From the NCBI GenBank assembly GCA_040005235.1, contig JBDTZG010000006.1, positions 89,496 through 153,495 of the forward strand: DNA of 64,000 nt, written 5' to 3'. The DNA comes from Acidobacteriota bacterium (lineage in GTDB: Bacteria > Acidobacteriota > Thermoanaerobaculia > Multivoradales > UBA5704). Position 1 is the stretch's first letter. Every line of letters begins with the position of its first letter. The translations under genes were made by a program, and so were the position numbers. The notes under the pieces were generated by a model, which was not told the DNA's origin, searched no databases, and was given only the letters and a program-made list of their open reading frames with translations. Shown piece by piece: positions 1-9,040 of the stretch.

Positions 1-1124
1 TCCTCGGCCAGTCCGACATCGCGGTGGCGAAGACCGTCAACAACGCGTCCCCGGGCCTCGGCACGAACGTAATCTTCACGGTCACCGCGATCAACAACGG
101 CCCGTCGGATGCGAGCGGCGTCAAGGTGAACGACCTGCTTCCGGTAGGCCTGACGTTCGTCTCCGGCGTCGCCTCGTCGGGAAGCTACGTCAACACGACG
201 GGCGTCTGGACCATCGGCTCGCTCGCCAACGGAGCCACCGCGACCCTCACGCTGACCGCGACGGTCAATCGGGCGCAGACCCAGGTCAACCAGGCCACCT
301 CGACCGGTCAAGGTGCAGTGGACACCCAGGGCAACAACAACACGGCCACGGTCCGGTTGAACGGCATGCCGCTGATCGACATCCAGGTCGGCCAGACGGT
401 GAACAATGGCACTCCCGCGGTGAGCCAGAACGTCGTCTTCACGGTCACGGCCAAGAACCTTGGACCGGCGACCGCGAACGGGGTGATCCTCAACAGCAAC
501 CTCCCGGCGGGCTTGAGCTTCGTCTCCTCCGCGCCGTCGCAGGGCAGCTACACCCCGGGCACCGGAGCTTGGAGCGTCGGTACGCTGGCCTCGGGGGCGA
601 CCGCCACGCTGTCGCTTACGATGACCAACACGGTGGCGACCCAGCAGGTCCAAACGTTCACCAAAACGTCATCGACCGAGCAGGACCTGGTCACCGGCAA
701 CGACGCGGCGAGCGTGGTGCTCAATCCGTCGGCCGCCTTCGCCGACCTCGCGATCACCAAGATCACCACCCAGGAACCGGTGGGAGTGAGCCTCAACTTC
801 AACTACGTGATCGTGGTCACGGACCTGAGCGCGGGGACTGCGACGGGAGTCACCGTGACCGACACCCTGCCGGCAGGAGTCACCCTCGTCTCGGCGGTGC
901 CGAGCCAGGGAAGCTGCTCCGGTACGACGACCGTCACCTGCACCTTGGGGACGCTCCTCGGAGGAACCAGCGCCACGATCGACATGACGGTGACCAAGAT
1001 CGTCGGCGGATCCGTGGCAAACACCGCCTCGGTTTCTGGCGCTCAGAGCGACCCGAACCCGGCCAACAACACCAACGCGGTCACGACCACTCCGGTCACG
1101 CTGTTGGGCTTCGAGGTGGAGTGA
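1..1124 (+). CDS. DUF11 / conserved-repeat-domain surface protein, 5'-truncated by the window edge
   Basis: The frame of listed ORF 24..1124 stays open back to base 3. Three ~120-aa repeats each carry the pattern V.FTVT..N.GP..A.GV.V.D.LPAG(L/V)(T/S)(F/L)VS...SQGSY....G.W..G.LA.GATATL.LT. Stop TGA at 1122-1124. Confidence 0.8.
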   Translation, partial: LGQSDIAVAKTVNNASPGLGTNVIFTVTAINNGPSDASGVKVNDLLPVGLTFVSGVASSGSYVNTTGVWTIGSLANGATATLTLTATVNRAQTQVNQATSTGQGAVDTQGNNNTATVRLNGMPLIDIQVGQTVNNGTPAVSQNVVFTVTAKNLGPATANGVILNSNLPAGLSFVSSAPSQGSYTPGTGAWSVGTLASGATATLSLTMTNTVATQQVQTFTKTSSTEQDLVTGNDAASVVLNPSAAFADLAITKITTQEPVGVSLNFNYVIVVTDLSAGTATGVTVTDTLPAGVTLVSAVPSQGSCSGTTTVTCTLGTLLGGTSATIDMTVTKIVGGSVANTASVSGAQSDPNPANNTNAVTTTPVTLLGFEVE

Positions 1125-1142
1125 GCCGGCAGGAGTAGAACC

Positions 1143-1194
1143 AACGCCGTCCATCCAAGGCCGGTTCGCCGCCAGGCGAGCCGGCCTTTTTCGT
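1143..1194 (+). repeat. Terminator-like repeat, copy 1 (aacgccgtccatccaaggccgg..ccggcctttttcgt)
   Basis: Shares the 22-nt 5' flank (2 mismatches), the outer GGCCGG/CCGGCC stem and the TTTTTCGT tail with copy 2 at 2128-2179. The inner stem differs but stays self-complementary. Confidence 0.85.
1159..1191 (+). terminator. Rho-independent terminator after the DUF11 gene
   Basis: GGCCGGTTCGCC-GCCA-GGCGAGCCGGCC hairpin (12 bp, one G-U pair) followed by TTTTT. Confidence 0.8.
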
Positions 1195-1269
1195 AGAGAG
1201 AGACTTGCACCCGGTAGAAACCCGAAAGGCAATTCGTCTATCTCCTGATTCCGAGCTAGAATCTGCTTT

Positions 1270-1788
1270 ATGGCAAACGCCCTCCGTCTCGAAGATTTTC
1301 TACCCGCGACTCTTGAATCCCAAAATGAAACGGGAGAAGAGAAAAGCGACCTGACGGGTACCCAGGGAAGTAGAGCCGGAAACTTTCTGGCGGTACAACT
1401 GGAATTCCTTCGGGCCGCCCGAAAGCTCCGAGAGTTCGCAGCCGAGTCTAAAGAGGGCGATCAGCGGTTCGAATCCGCGTTACAGCAGATGGTCGCGGAA
1501 GCGACGGCGAAGGTTGCAAGAGGAGAAGCGCTCGATCTGACAGCCTCCGTTGAGGAACTCCGTACCGTTGAAGCTCGGTTGGAGAGCGCCTTGAAGGAGG
1601 CGGTGTCGACGTTCGGCGAGAATCGCAAATTCCCTCCGGCTGCCCAGATCATTGATGGCCTCAAGCGGAGATGCGAGCAAACGCGAGACGCACGATGGCA
1701 ACTCCTGGCCCTTCGGGCAGAGTTCGAATCCGAATCGGGGTCGATGGTCGATAAGGCCGCAGACCTCGAAAAGATTCTCGCCGACTAA
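1270..1788 (+). CDS. Hypothetical all-helical acidic protein; positional candidate antitoxin of the downstream RelE/ParE-like gene
   Basis: 172-aa ORF ending 8 nt before the toxin-like gene. GC is visibly lower than in the flanks. No recognisable RHH, HTH or AbrB motif. Confidence 0.55.
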   Translation: MANALRLEDFLPATLESQNETGEEKSDLTGTQGSRAGNFLAVQLEFLRAARKLREFAAESKEGDQRFESALQQMVAEATAKVARGEALDLTASVEELRTVEARLESALKEAVSTFGENRKFPPAAQIIDGLKRRCEQTRDARWQLLALRAEFESESGSMVDKAADLEKILAD

Positions 1789-1796
1789 ATTAAGCG

Positions 1797-2066
1797 ATGC
1801 CTCGCATCAAAGTCGTACCGCGCTTTAAGAAGGCCTACAAGCGCTTGCCGCCGCCCGTCCAGGCAGCGGCTCAAAAAGCGCTGAGGACGCTGATCGACAA
1901 CCCCCGGAACCGCGGGCTGAACCTAGAGGCGCTGAGCGGTCGTCCAGGCTCTTACTCGATCCGTGTCAATCGAAACTACCGCATTCTTCTCCAGCGGAAA
2001 GAAGATCAGGAGGGTGAGTTCTTTTCGGTCGAAGACGTCGACACCCACGACATCTATAACCGGTGA
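1797..2066 (+). CDS. RelE/ParE-family type II toxin
   Basis: 89 aa with the family layout: F.K.YKRLP..VQ.....L..L..NP...GL..E.L.G....YSIRVN.NYRIL......(8)...V..H.IY. Confidence 0.75.
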   Translation: MPRIKVVPRFKKAYKRLPPPVQAAAQKALRTLIDNPRNRGLNLEALSGRPGSYSIRVNRNYRILLQRKEDQEGEFFSVEDVDTHDIYNR

Positions 2067-2127
2067 GAGTGGGTCGCCGATCCCTTAGCCGACCGCCTTC
2101 TCCGCCGCCAAAGCGACAGTTAGGACG

Positions 2128-2179
2128 AACGCCATTCATCCAAGGCCGGCGCGTCGCGAGACGCGCCGGCCTTTTTCGT
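2128..2179 (+). repeat. Terminator-like repeat, copy 2 (aacgccattcatccaaggccgg..ccggcctttttcgt)
   Basis: Direct repeat of 1143-1194; see copy 1. Confidence 0.85.
2144..2177 (+). terminator. Rho-independent terminator after the toxin gene
   Basis: GGCCGGCGCGTC-GCGA-GACGCGCCGGCC perfect 12-bp hairpin followed by TTTTT. Confidence 0.8.
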
Positions 2180-2211
2180 GGGTAGGTTTGAGGGTAGTGC
2201 TTTTCCCGGGA

Positions 2212-2237
2212 CCGCCGAGCACCAGCTCGGCGGTTTT
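2212..2237 (+). terminator. Second hairpin plus T-tract
   Basis: CCGCCGAGC-ACCA-GCTCGGCGG followed by TTTT. 2214-2233 matches 2274-2293 (the 3' end of the ABC gene) at 18 of 20 positions. Confidence 0.5.
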
Positions 2238-2270
2238 GGCGATCTCAGGCGCCTCGGGGGTCGATCTGGT

Positions 2271-4565
2271 TCAGCCGACCACCAGCTCGGCCGCCTCTTC
2301 GCTCCGCGCCATCTGGGCGGCGACTAGGCTCGCGTAGATCCCGTCTTGGGCCACCAGCTCGTCGTGCTGGCCCCGCTCGACCAGCAGGCCGTCGTCCATC
2401 ACCAGGATCAGGTCGGCGGCGCGAATCGTCGACAGCCGGTGGGCGACCACGATGCGGGTGCAGTGGAGGGCTTCCAGCTCTTTTTGAATCCGCCGCTCGG
2501 TCACCGAATCGAGCGCGCTCGTCGCTTCGTCGAGCAGCAGGATCGCGGGCTTGCGGACCAGCGCCCGGGCGAGCGCCAAGCGCTGACGTTGGCCGCCCGA
2601 AAGCGAGGCGCCGCCGTCGGCGACCAGCGTTTCGTACCCCATCGCCATCGCCTGAACGTCGGCGTGAATGTGGGCTTTCTCCGCCGCCCGAGCGACGTCG
2701 GCGAGCGACAGGTCGGGATCGGCGAGGGCAATGTTGCCGCGGATCGAGCTGCCGAACAGGTAGGGATGCTGGGGGACCACGCCAATCTGGTTCCGGAGCG
2801 AACGGAACTCCAATTCGGCGAGGTCGAGCCCGTCGTACAGGATGCGCCCGGAGGTCGGCACGTAGAGGCCGACGAGCAGCCCGGCGAGCGTCGATTTGCC
2901 CGCGCCCGACTTTCCGACCAGGGCGACGAATGTGCCGGGGGGGATCTCGACCGAGACGTCCTTCACCACGAACGGCAGCGAAGGCCCGTAGCGGAATGCC
3001 ACCTGCTCCAGCCGAATTGCTCCCGACAGGCGCGGCGTGCGCCGGACCTTGGTCAGGTCCTGCTCGGGCGGCGTCTCCATCACGTCGTTGATCCGCTCTA
3101 GGTAGCCGCCGAGCAGCTGGAGCTGGAATGCGGTCGAAACCAACGTCGAGAGCGGGGTGAGGAAGCCGTTTGCGAGTGCGTTCAACGCCAGCATGGTGCC
3201 GAGGGTGAGCTCGCCGTTCAGCACTTGGTGCGCGCCGAACAGCATGATCACAAGCGGCGAGCCGCTCTGAAGAGCGGCGAGCATCGCGTCGACCAGCGCC
3301 TGCAACCGGCCGCGGGCGAGCGAGACGTTCAGGGTGTCGACGAACAGGTGCGACCAGTGCTCGACCGCCCGCTGCTCGGTGCCGCTCGCCTTGAGCGTCT
3401 CGATGCCTGAGAGCATCTGCACCTGATAGGTCTGCGACGCCGCCTGCGCCTGGAGCGACTCGGACATCAGATCGCCAGTCTTCCGGCGCGCGGCGAAGAA
3501 GAGGATCAGCCGCAAAACGCCGAGCCCCAGGACCAGCAGTCCCATCGACGGCGACGCGGCGAAGACGAACACGAGATAGAGGACGACCAGCGTGCCGTCG
3601 AGTACGCCGGACAGAGCGCCCGAGGTGAGGATTTCGCGCACCGTGGCGTTCGAGTTCAGGCGCATCATCAGGTCGCCCGCCGAACGCTGTTGGAAGAACA
3701 GGTAGGGCAGGTTGACCAGGTGGTCGAGGAAATCGAGCGTCATCTGCGCGTCGAGCCGGGTGCGCAACGCGAGTAGCAGGTAGGAGCGCACGAGGGAGGC
3801 GAAGTACTGGAACAGGACGATCGCGCCGAGCCCGATCGCGAGCAGTTGGAGGAGCGACAGATCCCCCTGCGGCAGGACGCGGTCGACGATCATCCCGGTG
3901 AGCACGGGCAGAGCGAGCGCGAGCAGTTGGACCAGGACGGAGATCGCGACCACCCGGCCGAGCCAGCCGGACTGGCTGAACAGTTGCCGCAGGTAGCGGC
4001 GCACGCCGGAGGGGCGTTTGTCCGCCGGCTCGAACGCCTCGCCCGGCTCGAACATCAGCGCGACGCCGGTGAACGCGGTGCGCGCCTCTTCGAACGGCAC
4101 TACGCGCCGGCCGCCACCGGGATCGACGATCGCCAGGCGATTGCCCGAGAGCAGCCGCTCGAACACGACGAAGTGGTTGAACCGCCAATGCAGGATGCTG
4201 CCCGGATCGACGAAGCGGAGATCCTCGATCCGCTCGACCTTCACCCCGCGCCCGCGCAGGCCGAACCACTCGCCGCCGCGCAGGATCGATGGGGCCGAGG
4301 CTCCCTCGCGGCCAAAGCCGACGATCTCGCGCACCTCGTCGAGCCGCATATTTTTGCCGTGGTAGCCGAGCACCATGGCCAGGCAGGCGGAGCCGCAATC
4401 GGACGCCGCCGTCTGCTGGACGTAGGGGACGCGCTTCTTTCCGCCGGCCCAGGCGGTGAGGCGGGTGAGCGCCGGGAAGCGGCCGACGAGGCCGCCTTTA
4501 GCTCGCGGAAGAGTTGGTCCGCCGTCAGGAGAGGAATCCTTCGCCGGCTCCACGGGGGCCGCCAT
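2271..4565 (-). CDS. Peptidase-C39-containing ABC exporter (PCAT, bacteriocin/RiPP-type)
   Basis: ORF 2271..4658 trimmed to the ATG at 4565, which forms a TGATG overlap with the upstream HlyD stop. C39 motif QQTAASDCGSACLAMVLGYHG includes the catalytic Cys. Also a TM exporter domain, Walker A GKSGAGKST, signature LSGGQRQRLALARAL and Walker B ILLLDEATSALD. Confidence 0.9.
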   Translation of the reverse strand: MAAPVEPAKDSSPDGGPTLPRAKGGLVGRFPALTRLTAWAGGKKRVPYVQQTAASDCGSACLAMVLGYHGKNMRLDEVREIVGFGREGASAPSILRGGEWFGLRGRGVKVERIEDLRFVDPGSILHWRFNHFVVFERLLSGNRLAIVDPGGGRRVVPFEEARTAFTGVALMFEPGEAFEPADKRPSGVRRYLRQLFSQSGWLGRVVAISVLVQLLALALPVLTGMIVDRVLPQGDLSLLQLLAIGLGAIVLFQYFASLVRSYLLLALRTRLDAQMTLDFLDHLVNLPYLFFQQRSAGDLMMRLNSNATVREILTSGALSGVLDGTLVVLYLVFVFAASPSMGLLVLGLGVLRLILFFAARRKTGDLMSESLQAQAASQTYQVQMLSGIETLKASGTEQRAVEHWSHLFVDTLNVSLARGRLQALVDAMLAALQSGSPLVIMLFGAHQVLNGELTLGTMLALNALANGFLTPLSTLVSTAFQLQLLGGYLERINDVMETPPEQDLTKVRRTPRLSGAIRLEQVAFRYGPSLPFVVKDVSVEIPPGTFVALVGKSGAGKSTLAGLLVGLYVPTSGRILYDGLDLAELEFRSLRNQIGVVPQHPYLFGSSIRGNIALADPDLSLADVARAAEKAHIHADVQAMAMGYETLVADGGASLSGGQRQRLALARALVRKPAILLLDEATSALDSVTERRIQKELEALHCTRIVVAHRLSTIRAADLILVMDDGLLVERGQHDELVAQDGIYASLVAAQMARSEEAAELVVG

Positions 4566-6658
4566 CAGCGTCGACCTCCGCCGAGCAGGACGCGAAGGCC
4601 CGGAATCAGCGCGGTCGCGAGCGGCTCGGAGCGAAGGCTCACCTCGGCGTTGCCCCACATGCCGTCATAGAACGCGTACCGGTGGCCGTCGACCGTGAAT
4701 CCCGACTCGGGCAGCCGCGCCCAGGCGAACACCACCGGGCCGGAAATCTGCGCCCCTTCTCCAACCCCCGAGCCGAGCATACGCCGGGCCTCTTCGGGGC
4801 CAAGCACCTCGTCGCTCACCGACTCGATCTGCAACCGCTGGTAGGCATAGCGAAAGCCATCGAGCTCCAGGCGGATCGGCAGTCCCGCCTCTAGCTGCGG
4901 CCGGACCTTGCCGGGCAAAAGCACGGCGACCCGCGGTGCGCCGCCGGTCTGCGCGCCGGTCGAAAGCGATGCGATCACTTGGCCCGGAACCACCTGCTGC
5001 CCGGCGCGGACCCGGACGTCGGCGACCACCCCGGCGCGCGGCGCGCGCACGTCGCGCTCGGCTAGCCGCGATTTCGCCAGCTCGATCTGGCCGGCGAGGC
5101 CGATCAACGCCGATTCGGCGCCCCGATCGCCGGGATCGCGCAATCGGGAGGCGAGTTGCAGCTCGAACTCTCCTTCCAGCTGCGAAAGCTCGGCCGCCTC
5201 CGGTCCGCCGTAGAGATGGACCAGGGTGGCTCCTTCCGCCACCCGGGTGCCGGGCGGCGCCTCGATCGAGGCGACCGTTCCGGCGGCGGTTGCGGTGATC
5301 TCGCTCCGCCCGCCGAGCCGGATGACGGCGACGCCGGTCGAGCGCTCGTGAATCCGGCCGAAGATCAGGAACAAAAGGCCGATTCCGGCCATCCCGAGCA
5401 GCAGCCACGACGCCCAATCGATCCAGACCGGCGAAATGCGCAGAAGATCGCCCTCCTTCCGCGCCGAGGTCATGTGAAAGTCGAGTGCCTCTTCGCGGAA
5501 GACGTCGAGCGCCCCTTCGCGCAGCTGGCGCTCCTCGCGCTTGCCCTGCTCGGCGAGCCGCGATTCGAGGGCGAGCTGGGCGAGAGCTGGGGCCGCCCGC
5601 TCGGCGTAGAGCGCCAACGCCGCGCGATCGGCGGCGGAGAACGGTTCGGCACCCGGATCGCGCAGGGCGGCAAGCACCGCGATGACCGGAGCCGGGACTG
5701 GCGGAGCTCCGGGAACCGCCTGGCCGTCGGGGGACGGCCCGCCCGCGGCGGGATCGCGCACCGCGATCGCGGCGAACGGCCCTTGACCGGAACCTTCCGG
5801 ATCGTCGGCCTCGCGCTCGAAGCGGGGATCGTCCGCCAGCCGCGCCGCCGCGACCGACCGGCCGGTGCGCGCGACGAAGCTGACCACGCCGACCGCCGCG
5901 CTCTCGCGCCGCTCCTCGGCGGACATGCCGCCCCGCCGCTCCCAAAGCACCTCGGTCTCGGCGTCGTACAGCAGTACGTGGGCGCGGGAGGCGCCGATCA
6001 GATCGGCCAGGTCCTCGCGTACCAGATAGGCCACGGCGGCCGGGTCGCGCTCGCCCGCCAGCCGGCCTGCGGCGGTGAGCACCCGCCGCGAAAGCTCCGC
6101 CCGCTCGTCACGCTTTGGCACCGGAAGGGCAACGGTCCCGGCGAGCGCGAGCCCTTCGGCCTGCGGCTTGACCGGGTTCGCGGCCTTGGCCGGCACCCGG
6201 TCGGTGAAGTCGTCCTGGATGCGTAGCGCCCGGAACCGGGAGATCGCGCTTTCGAGCAGAGCGGAAAGATCCTCGCCGCCGATCGACTGCAGGCTGAGGA
6301 AGAAGATCCGGTCCTCGTCGATCAGCTCCTGGAAGACGGCGGGATCGGGGCCGCCGGAGGCGAGAAGATGGAGAGTACGTGCCTCCGGAAAGCGTTCGCG
6401 CAGCGATTCCAGCAGATGCCGCGCCGGGAGACCCGAAAATCCGGGCCCCAAGGCGAGCACCGCCACTTCGCCGTCTGTCTCGGCCCGGGCAAAGCGCGCG
6501 ATGACCTCGGCTTCGGTGCGGGCGGCCTCTACATCCACGTCATCGCCGAAACGCCGACGCTGCGCCTCGGTCTCCGCCTCGGAGAATCCGGCGAGCAGCA
6601 ACGACGCCTCCGGTTCCGGGGCGCGGACCAACCTCATCGTGTCGCGGTTCGTAGCCAC
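4565..6658 (-). CDS. HlyD-family membrane fusion protein with a ~400-aa N-terminal cytoplasmic extension containing a GAF-like domain
   Basis: TM helix WASWLLLGMAGIGLLFLIF followed by HlyD lipoyl-like motifs (APPGTRVAEGATLVHLY; VRAPRAGVVADVRVRAGQQVVPGQVIASL). The N-terminal part has a GAF-like segment (VVSFVARTGRSVAAARLADDPRF ... VIAVLAAL...FSAADRAALALYAERAA). The start could instead be the ATG at 6637. Confidence 0.8.
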   Translation of the reverse strand: MATNRDTMRLVRAPEPEASLLLAGFSEAETEAQRRRFGDDVDVEAARTEAEVIARFARAETDGEVAVLALGPGFSGLPARHLLESLRERFPEARTLHLLASGGPDPAVFQELIDEDRIFFLSLQSIGGEDLSALLESAISRFRALRIQDDFTDRVPAKAANPVKPQAEGLALAGTVALPVPKRDERAELSRRVLTAAGRLAGERDPAAVAYLVREDLADLIGASRAHVLLYDAETEVLWERRGGMSAEERRESAAVGVVSFVARTGRSVAAARLADDPRFEREADDPEGSGQGPFAAIAVRDPAAGGPSPDGQAVPGAPPVPAPVIAVLAALRDPGAEPFSAADRAALALYAERAAPALAQLALESRLAEQGKREERQLREGALDVFREEALDFHMTSARKEGDLLRISPVWIDWASWLLLGMAGIGLLFLIFGRIHERSTGVAVIRLGGRSEITATAAGTVASIEAPPGTRVAEGATLVHLYGGPEAAELSQLEGEFELQLASRLRDPGDRGAESALIGLAGQIELAKSRLAERDVRAPRAGVVADVRVRAGQQVVPGQVIASLSTGAQTGGAPRVAVLLPGKVRPQLEAGLPIRLELDGFRYAYQRLQIESVSDEVLGPEEARRMLGSGVGEGAQISGPVVFAWARLPESGFTVDGHRYAFYDGMWGNAEVSLRSEPLATALIPGLRVLLGGGRR

Positions 6659-6896
6659 AAATCCTTGTCCTGATGCGAGATAAGCATCCTCTCCAGAATT
6701 GACCGAGCATAAGTTCGCCCCGCCTGCGGGTCAAGGCGAACGAAGCTTCTGTAGGTCTACGGTGCCGCGGGCAGGGTGTTGTGCGCCGGCAACGGTTCGA
6801 CGTCGGGTGAGCGACCAAGTATTACGGGCCGGTGCATGCTTCGTGTCCCGCCGTTGTGCGAAACTTCCCGCTCTTCCCGGGAAGGAATCGCATCGG

Positions 6897-8438
6897 TTGA
6901 ACCTCTTCGGCGGGCAATCCTTGATCGGTTGGCAGGATTTCGGTGTCCTGGCAGTGCTGCTTTTGACGATGGTCGCGGTCGGGGCCTTCTTCGAGCGGCG
7001 GCAGACTTCGACATCCGAATTCTTCCTTGGCAAGCGGAGCATCCCGGCCTGGGCGGCGTGCTTGGCGTTCGTTGCCACCGAGGTAAGTGCGGTCACGATC
7101 ATCGCGGTGCCGGCGACGGCGTTCCGGGAGAATTGGCAGTACCTTCAGATCTTTATCGGTTCGATCGCGGCGCGGCTGGCGATCGCGTTTCTGTTCATCC
7201 CTGCGTTCTACAAATTCGATTGCACCTCGATTTACCAGTTTCTCGGCCGCCGCTTCGGCCGCCTGACGCAAAGCACCGCGGCGATCTTCTTCTTCGTCAC
7301 CCGGCTGCTCGGCTCCGGCGTCCGATTGATGGCCGCCTGTCTCGCGGTCTCCGTGCTACTCGGTTGGCCGATCGCCCCGGTGATCATCGTGTTCATCCTG
7401 GTGAGCATCCTCTACATGGGGCTCGGCGGCATGCGGGCGGTCATCTGGACCAATGTGATCCAGGCCCTGGTGATCGTGGTGGGGGGCTTGGCGACGCTCA
7501 TCTTCCTACTCTCCCGGATCGACGGCGGATTTTCGGGCGTCGTGGCGCTCGCCGGGCCGGCGGGTCGCTTGAGCCTGTTCCATTGGGGACCGGCGCTCTC
7601 CGATCCGGCTTGGGCGCGGAAGTTCTTCTCCGATCCGAACATCGTCTGGATCGCGTTACTCAACGGCCTGTTCGGCTCGATGGCCGGGTTCGGCACCGAC
7701 CAGGATTTGATGCAGCGCCTGCTGACGGTCGATACCCGCAAATCGAGCCAACAGACGATGCTCTGGACCACCGTGGTGAGCCTGGGCGTGCTCGTGATCC
7801 ACCTGTCGATCGGTACGGCGCTGTTCGCCTTCTACCGCCAGCACCCGGCGGAAGGACTGCCCTCGAACCTGGAAACCGTCTTTCCCCATTTCATCGGCCA
7901 CGTCATGCCGAGCTGGCTGCGCGGCCTGCTCCTGTCGTCGATCGTCCTTGCGAGCATCGACTCTCCTCTCGCGGCGCTTGCGACTTCGTTCGTCACCGAC
8001 ATCTACCAGCCGCTGCGCGAATGGCTGGAACGGCCCGCCGGGGACGTTCACTATCTGCGCATCTCGCGGGTGAGCATCGTCGGCTTCGGATGCATCCTCG
8101 CCGTGCTCGCGTTCTGGTTCAGCTCGTTCGACAAGATCCTCTGGCTCGCGTTCAAGATCGGCGGCGTCACGTTCGGCTCCCTACTCGGAGTCTTCCTGCT
8201 CGGCCTGACCACCAAACGCCGGGCGAATCGCGCAAATCTGGTCGCGATGACCGCGAGCGCGGCGATCATGCTCGCCCTTTTGATTCTTTCCGAGAAGAAG
8301 ATCGTCCCGCTCGGCTGGACCTGGCTGGTCGTCCTAGGCACAGTCGTCGCCTACGGCGGAGCCTGGCTGCTCGCCCCCTGGCTCGACCACCGAGAAGAGG
8401 GCCTCGCCGGGCCGATCGTCCCTGCGGTGGAGGGGTAG
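6897..8438 (+). CDS. Sodium:solute symporter family (SSF) transporter
   Basis: Polytopic membrane protein with FFLGKRSIPAWAA...ATEVSAVTIIAVP and GGMRAVIWTNVIQ motifs. The start is set at the in-frame TTG at 6897, just before the first TM helix, and is uncertain. The listed ORF begins at 6699. Confidence 0.8.
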   Translation: MNLFGGQSLIGWQDFGVLAVLLLTMVAVGAFFERRQTSTSEFFLGKRSIPAWAACLAFVATEVSAVTIIAVPATAFRENWQYLQIFIGSIAARLAIAFLFIPAFYKFDCTSIYQFLGRRFGRLTQSTAAIFFFVTRLLGSGVRLMAACLAVSVLLGWPIAPVIIVFILVSILYMGLGGMRAVIWTNVIQALVIVVGGLATLIFLLSRIDGGFSGVVALAGPAGRLSLFHWGPALSDPAWARKFFSDPNIVWIALLNGLFGSMAGFGTDQDLMQRLLTVDTRKSSQQTMLWTTVVSLGVLVIHLSIGTALFAFYRQHPAEGLPSNLETVFPHFIGHVMPSWLRGLLLSSIVLASIDSPLAALATSFVTDIYQPLREWLERPAGDVHYLRISRVSIVGFGCILAVLAFWFSSFDKILWLAFKIGGVTFGSLLGVFLLGLTTKRRANRANLVAMTASAAIMLALLILSEKKIVPLGWTWLVVLGTVVAYGGAWLLAPWLDHREEGLAGPIVPAVEG

Positions 8439-8515
8439 GGGGCGAGGTGCGTACCCCGTGGGCCTCTTGGCAGCGGCGGCCGGTCGCGATATCACTGTCC
8501 ACCCGAAGGGACCCC

Positions 8516-9040
8516 ATGCACCTCATCCTGATCCGCCACGCCATCGCCGCCGACCGTTCGGACTTCGAATCGAGCGACGACCTGCGTCCCCTCACCGAAG
8601 AGGGGAAAAAGAAGATGCAGCGCGCCGCCCGAGGCCTGCGCGTGGCGGTGCCTTCGATCGAACTGCTCGCGACCAGCCCTCTCGTGCGGGCGGTGGCCAC
8701 TGGGGCGATCTTGGAAGAAGCCTATTCGGATCAACGACCTCGGCCGGATGTGCGGGAGGTCGACGAGCTGCGCCCGGGCGCGGAGCCGGACGAACTCTTG
8801 GCCTGGCTCGATCTTCAAACGGCCGATCCGATCGCCCTGGTGGGTCACGAACCGGATCTCTCCGAGCTGCTTTCCCGCCTGGTCGGCGCAGGTCGGCCGT
8901 TTCACCGCTTCCGCAAAGGGGGTACGGTGTGCGTCGCATTCCCAGGCCGGGTCGAAGCGGGAGCGGGAACGCTTTCTTGGGTGTTGTCTCCCGGGCTGCT
9001 GCGCGAGCTGGGGTCGAGCAAGAAGGAGGGCGGGCGATGA
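8516..9040 (+). CDS. sixA: Phosphohistidine phosphatase SixA
   Basis: MHLILIRHAIA (RH catalytic motif) and LVGHEPDLSEL. This is the C-terminal in-frame part of chimeric ORF 6776..9040; the ATG is at 8516. Confidence 0.85.
   Translation: MHLILIRHAIAADRSDFESSDDLRPLTEEGKKKMQRAARGLRVAVPSIELLATSPLVRAVATGAILEEAYSDQRPRPDVREVDELRPGAEPDELLAWLDLQTADPIALVGHEPDLSELLSRLVGAGRPFHRFRKGGTVCVAFPGRVEAGAGTLSWVLSPGLLRELGSSKKEGGR

Noticed and set aside
1461-1485. tRNA T-arm-like sequence AGCGGTTCGAATCCGCG, a possible tRNA fragment or att site inside the low-GC cassette.
   Set aside because: No anticodon or acceptor arms can be built around it, and it lies in frame inside the 172-aa ORF. It is most likely coincidental.
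6776-9040. 754-aa ORF spanning the symporter gene and sixA.
   Set aside because: Only its last 174 codons (from the ATG at 8516) resemble a real protein (SixA). The upstream part is an alternative frame of the SSF transporter gene with junk composition.
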